DNA from: Macrostomum lignano
Lineage: Eukaryota
DNA: 40,333 bases
Reading direction: 5' to 3'
Assembly (NCBI GenBank): GCA_002269645.1
Contig: NIVC01002032.1
Location: 114,404 to 154,736 of the forward strand
Numbering within the stretch: position 1 is the first letter of the stretch; every line of letters starts with the position of its first letter. Under the pieces are notes generated by a model. It was given only the letters and a program-made list of their open reading frames with translations. It did no database searches and had not been told where the DNA came from. Below are positions 26,031 to 37,184 of this stretch, in pieces. Made by a program: the position numbers and the translations under genes.

Positions 26031-26649
26031 CACATTTGTCTTCTAGTGCTATTTAAATATCTTCATCAACACTTCGAATCAATTAGAACCATACAGTACA
26101 GACTAACAATTCGGGATTCTATCTGTCTATCCCCTTCCTTGGAATCGTGTCCCATATGAGTCTATAATTGACAAATACTACCAGCAGAATTTTGTCCACG
26201 TGGAATATCCTCTTCAAATAGAATGTGACCAGCAGTGGCCCGCATCTTCTATTACCTGAGTGTGGAGAATCCTATCTTATAAAATCCTATTTATATTTAT
26301 AAGGACCCGCATATACGATGCGTGCTTGAAGAAAAGACCAACACAGACAGTTTGAGAAGAAATTTCGGAGCTTTGAGTTTAGAGCTCAAAGAAGACGAAT
26401 GATGATGGTAGCTAAAATTGTGTGTCTAATTGCTCATCTGCGGTGGAAGTTATGGGGATATGATGTATAGGGGTTAGAGCTAAGGCAGCAGGGCGTGTTG
26501 CGCGCGTGGAGTCTTACTTAGCTTTTAGAAGAAGAGTGGCCCGGTGACTCACTCGCTCGCTTCAGTGGCGCGTGGTGCAGTGTAAGGTGATCTTGAAACA
26601 AATAATCTGGATTGTCACCCTGTTTTACACCACAATGATGCAGATTTGA

Positions 26650-26860
26650 TAGGAGCTCAAAACTTCATGATAAGCTCTCAAAACTTCATGATAAGCTCTT
26701 AAAACATTATGATAAGCTCTCGAAGCTTAGTGATAAGCTCAAAACTTTATGATAAGCTCGAATCTTCATGATAAGCTCTCGAAACTTCATGATAAGCTCT
26801 CGAAGCTTAGTGATTAGCTCAAGACTTCATGATAGCTTAAAACTTCAGGATAAGCTTGAA
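26650..26860. repeat. Array of about 20 bp (AAACTTCATGATAAGCTCTC)
   Basis: About 10 degenerate copies. Confidence 0.85.
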
Positions 26861-27539
26861 AAAGAAACTGTCGAAAATCGAGGGTTGCCCTAGGATAAGA
26901 TGTCAACTCTACCAGATTCTCTATCAAAATCTCCTTGAACAATCAATTCAGTCTTGACTTATTGCGCGGCCACTGGGTGAGCCTAGGTGCAACAGCAACC
27001 CTTCATCTTCTCTTCAAGTTCTTGTATCGTAGACTATTCTTAGAAAAACCCGCAGATTTTTAAACCCGGGCCTTCATTTCTTTACCCCCCCCCCCTACTC
27101 ATCCCTCAGGGGGGCGGCAGCTCCTCAGACCGACCCGTTCCTACCTGCCACTTGTAAGAGGCGCGCATGCGGGGCGGGGATCTGCAGGGAGAACGGAGAA
27201 GCCCAACGGTTCATCTCGCCTCGCTGCACCTTTGTGCCTTTCTGCTGGTTGATGTGGGTGGCCCTTGTGGAGCCCCTCCGGGGGGGGGCTGGTCGTGTGG
27301 TGGGCGTGAATCAGTCTGTCCTCATAGCAACTAAGAGCTTCGCTTGCTTGCAAATTTCTGATTCTAATTCTTATCCAATCTCCAATATCCCAGTTGCAAT
27401 ATGGGGCCTATGGGGTTAAATTCGTTGTAAAAAATTCCATTGGAGAAGTTTTTAATCATTAATAATATTGCTCATTTGACATAATTATGAGACATTGTGG
27501 TGAAAACTATCTTGATAACTTTTTAAAAGGAATGACAAC

Positions 27540-28160
27540 GAGAGACAGGGGAAAGACAGGGAGAGACAGGGGAGAGACAAGGGAGAGACAGGGGAGAGAC
27601 AGGGGAGGGACAGGGGAGGGACAGGGGAGGGACAGGGGAGAGACAAGGGAGAGACAGGGGAGGGACAGGGGAGGGACAGGGGAAAGACAGGGAGAGACAG
27701 GGGTGGGACATGGGAGAGACAGGGGAGAGACAGGGCAAAGACAGGGGAGAGACAGGGGAGAGACAGGGCAAAGACAGGGGAGAGACAGGGCAAAGACAGG
27801 GGAGAGACAGGGGAGAGACAGGGGAGAGACAGGGGAGAGACAGGGGAGAGACAGGGGAGAGACAGGGCAAAGACAGGGGAGAGACAGGGGAGAGACAGGG
27901 GAGAGACAGGGGAGAGACAGGGGAGAGACAGGGCAAAGACAGGGGAGAGACAGGGGAGAGACAGGGGAGAGACAGGGGAGAGACAGGGGAGAGACAGGGG
28001 AGAGACAGGGCAAAGAAAGGGGAGAGACAGGGGAGAGACAGGGCAAAGACAGGGCAAAGACAGTGGAGAGACAGGGCAGAGACAGTGGAGAGACAGGGGA
28101 GAGACAGGGGAGAGACAGGGAGAGACAGGGCAAAGACAGGGCAAAGACAGGGAGAGACAG
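27540..28160. repeat. 11-bp purine-rich minisatellite (ACAGGGGAGAG)
   Basis: Direct reading. Confidence 0.95.
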
Positions 28161-29165
28161 CAGAGACGGCTGGAGCAGAAACGTAAAGCAACATCAGTTT
28201 TAAAGTGGTTCTACGAGCTAAAATGACCCACACGTCAAACCAAAAAGCATAATTAGTAGTCAGCTCGTACCATCAATATCAAGTTTCGGTCACAAGGAAC
28301 CCTTGTATGTCATCACTCATTGCATATCTTACATCACAAAAATGACATCGTAAATCTGTATATGGGGGGGCAGAAAATTTCGATTGAAATATTTCTAAAA
28401 ATACTGAACTTCGGCAACATGTTGCATTAATAAATACAACAAGCTACTGAAATTCATCTCAATGATTAAACACGAATCGCCTTACGAACTACTTGACAGA
28501 TGGGTGAAGGCATTCTATAGTTGAAGTAATGAAAATATGGAATATGATAAAATTGCAGTCCAACATATTAATAATCGCCTTGGGAAGAGAAGTCTTGATA
28601 GAGTTATATTATCTCAAGACTGCAGCTTTATTAGACAGAAAATGATACAATATCTGAATCCCAATGCAGCTCGACTAAAAAAAACTTCTCATTTCCTCAA
28701 CAGATGGTTTATTATAAACAGCATCCGACTCGTGAAACGCTCAAGCCGTCTGTTCTTTGATTTTTTGTCTGCTTTTTTTCAACCCATTGTGTCTGTCGGT
28801 CCTTCTTTCGCAATGGTCCGCATCTCCCTCAATCTCCTCCTAGTCTGTCTGATCAGGAAAAAAATTCTTTTTCTTTTCAATGCTTGGCTTCTGGAAGCAA
28901 CAGAAACACGTAAAGTGATTGCAGAATTTGATGGGCAGAATTGAGAGGGTCCCACAGCACCTCCCTCACCTGTCCTAAAAGTCAGTCAAGGATGTATGAA
29001 ACACGAGCATGAATATTATTATTGCTAAATGTTGCTGAGCTTGTCTTTTACTCTCTTGAAGCAGAAAAATCTGCAAATTTCTGACCCTTGGCTTGCCTCC
29101 CACTTGAGGGGAATCTGGCACGGACAGTGGGAATCAGTGAGCCTACTTGATCTAGCTTACTCAGT

Positions 29166-30243
29166 CTAAATCCCATCTCCATCCCTCTAACTAAATCCCA
29201 TCTCCTCCATCTAAATCCCATCTCCCTCTATCTAAATCCCATCTCCCTCAATCTAAATCCCATCTCCCTCAATCTAAATCCCATCTCCCTCTATCTAAAT
29301 CCCATCTCCCTCTATCTAAATCCCATCTCCCTCTATCTAAATCCCATCTCCCTCAATCTAAATCCCATCTCCCTCAATCTAAATCCCATCTCCCTCACTC
29401 TAAATCCCATCTCCTCCATCTAAATCCCTTCTCTCTCAATCTAAATCCCATCTCCCTCTATCTTCATCCCATCTCCCTCACTCCAAATCCCATCTCCCTC
29501 TATATAAATCCCATCTCCCTCAATCTAAATCCCATCTCCCTCCATCTAAATCCCATCTCCCTCTATCTAAATCCCATCTCCCTCAACCTAAATCCCATCT
29601 CCCTCAATCTAAATCCCATCTCCACCCATCTAAATCCCGTCTCCTCCATCTAAATCCCATCTCCCTCTATATAAATCCCATCTCCCTCAATCTAAATCCC
29701 ATCTCCCTCAATCTAAATCCCATCTCCATCCATCTAAATCCCATCTCCCTTACTCTAAATTCCATCTCCCTTTATCTAAATCCCATCTCTATCCATCTAA
29801 ATCCCATCTCCCTCTAAGTCCCATCTCCCTCACTCTAAATCCCATCTCCTCCATCTAAATCCCATCTCCCTCAATCTAAATCCCATCTCCCTCTATCTTA
29901 ATCCCATCTCCCTCACTCCAAATCCCATCTCCCTCTATCTTAATCCCATCTCCCTCTATCTAAATCCCATCTCCCTCTATCTAAATCCCATCTCCCTCTA
30001 TCTAAATCCCATCTCCCTCCATCTAAATCCCATCTCCCTCCATCTAAATCCCATCTCCCTCCATCTAAATCCCATCTCCCTCTATCTAAATCCCATCTCC
30101 CTCCATCTAAATCCCTCTCCCTCTATCTAAATCCCATCTCCTTCTATCTAAATCCCATCTCCCTCTATCTAAATCCCATCTCCCTCTAAGTCTCATCTCC
30201 TTCTATCTAAATCCCATCTCCCTCTAACTAGATCCCATCTTTC
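29166..30243 (+). repeat. 21-bp minisatellite (ATCTAAATCCCATCTCCCTCT)
   Basis: Direct reading; the same family occurs inverted at 32966-33383. Confidence 0.95.
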
Positions 30244-31148
30244 TCTATCAAAAATCAAAATCCCAATTTCCCAAGACTAAGTTAAGAGCCAGTCCAATCG
30301 CCGAAAATCGAAAGTTTCCAAACTTTCGAACTTCAACTTACAGAAGTAGTTGCTATGCATTGCAATAAATTTGGTAAATAGAGTCGCCCGAGTAAAGGAC
30401 TAATTCTGGATCTTATGCATCGCACACATTATATATATAATACAAGCTGTGATAACCGTAACGCAGGCAGCCAGTCTGTCGCGTGGTCAATAGGTACTGA
30501 AATTTCCGATGATGATGATGGGAATTACTAGCTAAATGCCCCCGCTTAGCAACTATATAGTGAAAGCGAATTTATACACGCTATGTGCATTTTTATTGCC
30601 AGTGTCAGCGAAGCAATGGCCTTTATTTATACTTGAATTGCTCTTGTTTCTTGAAACTATAAACTATAAAAACTCTGAAGCAGACTTGCGAGAGATTATA
30701 AACATTCACCAGAAGTTTTGCTTGTCCACTTTGTCACCACACCATGCAGTTGGATCTGATAGAGTTGCCGCAGAAACTGCTTTCGTTTGTTTAAAAAGTC
30801 CCCAACATCACGGACCGTCTCCCTATGCGGGGAACCAGCTTCCATATTTAGATGCTTTTTTGATTATCAAACCCAAGACTATACGGCTCCCGCAATTCCA
30901 GGTATACAGCGCTGGGTTGTTCGACGCTGTAAATGCTGATTGCGCTGGACTTGATCTCCCGAAAGTCGTAAAAAATACGGAACTGTGCGTAAGCCAGCCA
31001 CCAAGATTATTTAAGCTATAGATTTTGTGTTCTTATGGTCAGAGAAATTGTTTTGAATCTGGATTAGAAACCTTCTGATTGACTCTTTTTTTGGGGGTGT
31101 TAATGCAAAATTTACGTTTCCGAAGATGTCTCGAAGGTTCTGAAGGTG

Positions 31149-31656
31149 TCCCGAAGGTCCCGAAGGTCCCGAAGGTCCCGAAGGTCCCGAAGGTCCCGAA
31201 GGTCCCGAAGGTCCCGAAGGTCCCGAAGGTCCCGAAGGTCCCGAAGGTCCCGAAGGTCCCGAAGGTCCCGAAGGTCCCGAAGGTCCCGAAGGTCCCGAAG
31301 GTCCCGAAGGTCCCGAAGGTCCCGAAGGTCCCAAAGGTCCCGAAGGTCCCGAAGGTCCCGAAGGTCCCGAAGGTCCCGAAGGTCCCGAAGGTCCTGAAGG
31401 TCCCGAAGGTCCCGAAGGTCCCGAAGGTCCTGAAGGTCCCGAAGGTCCCGAAGGTCCCGAAGGTCCCGAAGGTCCCGAAGGTCCCGAAGGTCCCGAAGGT
31501 CCCGAAGGTCCCGAAGGTCCCGAAGGTCCCGAAGGTCCCGAAGGTCCCGAAGGTCCCGAAGGTCCCGAAGGTCCCGAAGGTCCCGAAGGTCCCGAAGGTC
31601 CCGAAGGTCCCGAAGGTCCCGAAGGTCCCGAAGGTCCCGAAGGTCCCGAAGGTCCC
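31149..31656. repeat. 9-bp tandem repeat (GAAGGTCCC)n, about 56 copies
   Basis: Near-perfect array; reads (Gly-Pro-Ser)n on the minus strand. Confidence 0.97.
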
Positions 31657-32209
31657 AAATAGGCAAGCGTGTTGTCCATGAACTCTAATTCAGTTTATCA
31701 ATACCTTAGGCTAACGCTTTTACAGCTTTTTGTTGCTAAGTGCAATGGCCCATGGCCGCTACCGGCCACCGCCGCCAAAGCTATCTGTCCCCTGTCCCCT
31801 CGAACGTCTTCTATTTCGTATATGGATTCCAAAGGGGAAGCCGGGAAATCCCACTGGTTTCCTGTCTAGAGGAGAAAGAGATGGCCGAACAGTAAAAAGC
31901 AACTCTGATAAGAGAAATCTCCCACTTGGGTGGCACTTGCCGTATATATAATAGAAATAAAATAATCCCAACAGGCCAAGAAGAAGTTGACCTTAAGAGT
32001 TTGGGCAGAATTTTTTAATTTGCTAGCATAGCGGCGGACATTAAAATGTGGGCAGAAAGATTAAAACTGGGAAAGTTATTTTCCTGGATGCCTGTTGTTG
32101 GGAGATAAAGTTCGGTTCCTAAAGGTCCTAAAGGTATTCAAGGTTTTGAATAGGCTGACTGCAAAAATGGCCGACTGAAGATAGACCGGGCGGCGCCAGC
32201 TTCGGACAT

Positions 32210-32370
32210 TGGGACATTGTGGAAATCAATTGAGACATTGTGGATCCAATTTAGATATTGTGGATCCAATTGAGACATTGTGGATCCAATTGAGACATTG
32301 TGGATCTAATTGAGACATTTTTAACAAACTTTAGACACTTGGGATCCAATTAAGAAATTATGGACATTCG
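32210..32370. repeat. 20-bp array (GACATTGTGGATCCAATTGA)
   Basis: About 7 degenerate copies. Confidence 0.85.
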
Positions 32371-32965
32371 ACATTGCCCATGTTGTACAATGATACATCA
32401 ATATAGGAAAAAGTCGGTCGGCTGTTAAAAAAGTTCCTAACTTTTAGTCCCTCCCTAAGCCATATACAACGAGGTCGGGAATGGGTCGAATGGCTCGAAA
32501 TTCTGCTGGTACAAAGCCAGGAGATTCTGGGGAAGACTCAGGCTCCATTCGGCCTCATCCCGCATTGATGAGGATTTCTCGCATGCCAAAATCTTCGGTT
32601 TTGACAAAAGCTCTTCCTTATGCGGGCGAGGAGACAAACCTCATCTTTCTTCCCCATCAAGTTATCCCACATATCCTCATAAACTTCCTTTCTTATCTCT
32701 CTATACCCTCAGACACCACCCCCTCATTCATTCACAATGCCAAAGGGCTGTGTGTCTACAGACCCAGCCTTCATCATACGGGCTCTATGGACCATACTGT
32801 ACAGGCAGGCCTGTCTCCAGTGTTCCCCTTGTCACATGATATTCCTGTATTTCTAGCATATAGAAGGATTGCTTAAGCTTTTCTTATCACTAATGTGTTA
32901 ATATATAGGTTTTTCGTGTTCAGTTTTTAATAATAACTTTCTATATAAGTCCTTTACTAGCCTTC

Positions 32966-33383
32966 GATGGAGGGAGATGGGATTTAGAATGAGATAGATG
33001 GGATTTGGAGTGAGGGAAATGGGATTTAGATGGAGGGGGATGGGATTTAGATGGAGGGATGGAGATTTAGAGTGAGGGAGATGTGATTTAGAGTGATGGA
33101 GATGGGATTTAGATAAAGGAAGATGGGATTTAGATAAAGGAAGATGGGATTTAGATGGAGGGAGATGGGATTTAGAGTGAGGGAGCTGGGATTTAGATAA
33201 AGGAAGTTGTGATTTAGACAGAGGGAGATGGGACTTAGAGTGAGGGAGATGGGATTTAGAGTGAGGGAGATGGGATTTAGATAAAGGGAGATGGGATTTA
33301 GATAAAGGGAGATGGGATTTAGACAGAGAGAGGTGGGATTTAGATAAAGGGAGATGGGATTTAGAGTGAGGGAGATGGGATTC
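32966..33383 (-). repeat. 21-bp minisatellite, reverse complement of the 29166-30243 array
   Basis: AGGGAGATGGGATTTAGA units on +. Confidence 0.93.
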
Positions 33384-33852
33384 AGAAGAAGTAAGATGTA
33401 AAGTGACAGTATTAGGGGTATGTTTCCTGTAGGCAAAATTCAACTTCTATAGCAATAAAATGAATCAAATAAAACGTAAAACTTCGAAAAATTGTTGAAA
33501 ATGTAGGCTTGAAGCCATAAAAAAATAGAAGGAACGGACACTGGACACAAAGGTCCGCCAGATGATGGATTGCAACTGTAAATGGTCAATTGCAGTTTAG
33601 AATAAGTGGCAATTAATGTACAAACTTTGGCCGTTAGAGATATGTTATTGCAATAAGTGGCCACTTCAGTTTTTCCTTTAAAATCCTGTTTTAATAAAAT
33701 ATTATTATGCGAGAAAATTTACAATGTGGTGCATGCGTCGTCGTTTTTGATTAAGGTCTCACGTGCTTCAGTGTCAGATAGATCTGATCACAAATCTTGT
33801 GATTGAAGATGAGCAGCATTGATTTGACTGCGCAACTTGGGACTGTAATTAC

Positions 33853-34665
33853 CTGACACTCAATTTTTGCTCCTGACACTCAATCTGGACTCCTGACACT
33901 CAATCTGGACTCCTGACACTCAATCTGGACTCCTGACACTCAATCTGGACTCCTGACACTCAATCTGGACTCCTGACACTCAATCTGGACTCCTGACACT
34001 CAATCTGGACTCCTGACACTCAATCTGGACTCCTGACACTCAATCTGGACTCCTGACACTCAATCTGGACTCCTGACACTCAATCTGGACTCCTGACACT
34101 CAATCTGGACTCCTGACACTCAATCTGGACTCCTGACACTCAATCTGGACTCCTGACACTCAATCTGGACTCGTGACACTCAATCTGGACTCGTGACACT
34201 CAATCTGGACTCCTGACACTCAATCTGGACTCCTGACACTCAATCTGGACTCCTGACACTCAATCTGGACTCCTGACACTCAATCTGGACTCCTGACACT
34301 CAATCTGGACTCCTGACACTCAATCTGGACTCCTGACACTCAATCTGGACTCCTGACACTCAATCTGGACTCCTGACACTCAATCTGGACTCCTGACACT
34401 CAATCTGGACTTCTGACACTCAATTTGGACTTCTGACACTCAATCTGGACTCGTGACACTCAATCTGGACTCGTGACACTCAATCTGGACTCGTGACACT
34501 CAATCTGGACTCCTGACACCCAATCTGGACTCCTGACACCCAATCTGGACTTGTGACACCCAAATAGCCGCCATGGACACCCGAATAGTCGCCACTGACT
34601 CCCAAATAGCCGCCACTGACACCCGAATAGCCGCCCCTGACACCCGAATAGCCGCCCCTGACACC
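33853..34665. repeat. 20-bp minisatellite (TCCTGACACTCAATCTGGAC) changing to a 21-bp unit (GACACCCGAATAGCCGCCCCT) at the right end
   Basis: Direct reading. Confidence 0.95.
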
Positions 34666-35239
34666 CACGCAAAGCAGCTTCACGGAGTCATCAATGAGCA
34701 CTGTTTCTGATGTTTGTCTTAAGCTTTGAAGAGCTGTATCGCCTATCAGAACAGCACACATTGTTGCATCACTTCAGATTCCTTTTATCGCTTCATATCT
34801 TATCCATCCTTCAACTACATTTGATGTCTCCGACAACAGGTTATATGCGATGTAATGGGCTTCACCTGAGCTAGCGATATCACAAAAGCGCAATTCCAAT
34901 ATAGCCCGTACTCAGTGACGTCACACAATTTCTGAGGGACTTATTATTTCTTCTATTAATCTCCAACTCGCGGGAGATTTTAAGTCGAACGCGCCCGCAC
35001 TTGCGATCCCCTTTGATAATGCGGACTTCCCAACTCCCTTGGGGAGCACGCGCTGTGATAAATTTTCGATGCGGGTGTAAAGAGGACGGAGGAGATAAAG
35101 GAAGGAAGGAAGGAGGGAGGAAGACACGGGAAGTGTGGGCCACCATGGAGAACTTTCAAGTGTTAGAAGTCTGGAGCGGTAAAACCCATTTTGCAGACTG
35201 AACTGAAGAATCTTTAGTTTGAAGTTTGAAAATATAGAG

Positions 35240-36830
35240 TGTTCACAAACTATACAATCTTCACAAACTATACAATCTTCACAAACTATAGAATCTTCAC
35301 AAACTATAGAATATTCACAAACTATACAATCTTCACAAACTATAGAATCTTCACAAACTATACAATCTTCACAAACTATATAGAATCTTCACAAACTATA
35401 CAATCTTCACAAACTATAGAATCTTCACAAACTATAGAATCTTCACAAACTATAGAATATTCACAAACTGTACAATCTTCACAAACTATAGAATCTTCAC
35501 AAACTATACAATATTCACAAACTATATAGAATCTTCACAAACTATACAATCTTCACAAACTATAGAATCTTCACAAACTATAGAATCTTCACAAACTATA
35601 GAATCTTCACAAACTATAGAATATTCACAAACTGTACAATCTTCACAAACTATAGAATCTTCACAAACTATACAATATTCACAAACTATATAGAATCTTC
35701 ACAAACTATACAATCTTCACAAACTATAGAATCTTCACAAACTATAGAATCTTCACAAACTATAGAATTTTCACAAACTATAGAATCTTCACAAACTATA
35801 GAATCTTCACAAACTATAGAATCTTCACAAACTATAGAATTTTCACAAACTATAGAATTTTCACAAACTATAGAATCTTCACAAACTATAGAATCTTCAC
35901 AAACTATAGAATATTCACAAACTATAGAATCTTCACAAACTATAGAATATTCACAAACTATAGAATATTCACAAACTATAGAATCTTCACAAACTATACA
36001 ATCTTCACAAACTAAGAATATTCGAAAACTATAGAATCTTCACAAACTATAGAATCTTCACAAACTATAGAATCTTCACAAACTATAGAATTTTCACAAA
36101 CTATAGAATCTTCACAAACTATAGAATCTTCACAAACTATAGAATATTCACAAACTATAGAATCTTCACAAACTATAGAATCTTCACAAACTATAGAATT
36201 TTCACAAACTATAGAATCTTCACAAACTATAGAATCTTCACAAACTATAGAATCTTCACAAACTATAGAATTTTCACAAACTATAGAATCTTCACAAACT
36301 ATACAATCTTCACAAACTAAGAATATTCGAAAACTATAGAATCTTCACAAACTATAGAATCTTCACAAACTATAGAATCTTCACAAACTATAGAATTTTC
36401 ACAAACTATAGAATCTTCACAAACTATAGAATCTTCACAAACTATAGAATATTCACAAACTATAGAATCTTCACAAACTATAGAATCTTCACAAACTATA
36501 GAATTTTCACAAACTATAGAATCTTCACAAACTATAGAATCTTCACAAACTATAGAATCTTCACAAACTATAGAATTTTCACAAACTATAGAATCTTCAC
36601 AAACTATAGAATCTTCACAAACTATAGAATCTTCACAAACTATAGAATTTTCACAAACTATAGAATTTTCACAAACTATAGAATCTTCACAAACTATAGA
36701 ATCTTCACAAACTATAGAATCTTCACAAACTATAGAATCTTCACAAACTATAGAATCTTCACAAACTATAGAATTTTCACAAACTATACAATCTTCACAA
36801 ACTATAGAATCTTTAGAAACTATAAAATTA
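35240..36830. repeat. 18-bp minisatellite (TAGAATCTTCACAAACTA), about 1.6 kb, directly upstream of the prospero promoter
   Basis: Direct reading; 305-bp higher-order duplication marked by ACTAAGAATA at 36011 and 36316. Confidence 0.95.
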
Positions 36831-36889
36831 CAATCTACAGCATGGCGGACAACTTCAAACCCAAATAAAGCTACACTTCGGGCTGAATG

Positions 36890-37090
36890 CGTCACGTCAC
36901 AGACCCCCAGCTGGTCCCCCCGTATCTCCCCAGCAGCCGCCTCGACCAACCAGAACGCGGCAGCCAATCCAAGGTCCCCCTTCGGCCCGCATGCCTTTAG
37001 GAGAGGAGAGGAGAGGAGAGGAGAGCCGGTGGAATCTTATTATAAATACGACAAGACACGCTTCTCCAGCCTCGAAAGCCACTCAACTCA
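36890..37090 (+). promoter_or_regulatory. Candidate prospero core promoter: CGTCACGTCA (CRE half-sites, 36890-36899), CCAAT (about 36964), TATAAATA (37041-37048)
   Basis: Canonical motif order 140-300 bp upstream of ATG 37185; an Inr-like sequence lies about 30 nt after the TATA box. Confidence 0.55.
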
Positions 37091-37184
37091 ACTAGAACCA
37101 TTTTGAGAAGCAGCGAACTGCGTAGTTTGAGCTCTCACAACAAAAGCCTGACTTGTCCTCATTAAAGGGTAGACAAAAAAGAGC

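Noticed and set aside
26110-26260. About 50-codon open stretch (VYPLPWNRVPYESIIDKYYQQNFVHVEYPLQIECD)
   Set aside because: Protein-like but short, with no start, splice support or recognised family.
27105-27170. Possible HDV-like ribozyme (GCC-ACTT-GTAA-GA-GGC GNRA hairpin, TCCTC loop-like motif)
   Set aside because: I could not assemble P1, P3 or J4/2, so it is probably a truncated repeat fragment. An Infernal or RNArobo search would settle it.
28537-28944. 135-aa ORF (and the 161-aa ORF at 30536-31021)
   Set aside because: No recognisable motifs, splice context or coding-like composition.
30385-30400. GCCCGAGTAAAGGA resembling the 3' part of a twister ribozyme
   Set aside because: The required upstream twister elements are absent.
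30710-30850. FACPLCHHTMQL...RGTSF resembling a Merlin/ISXO2 zinc ribbon
   Set aside because: The second Cys pair is missing, there are in-frame stops, and no DDE region follows; too weak.
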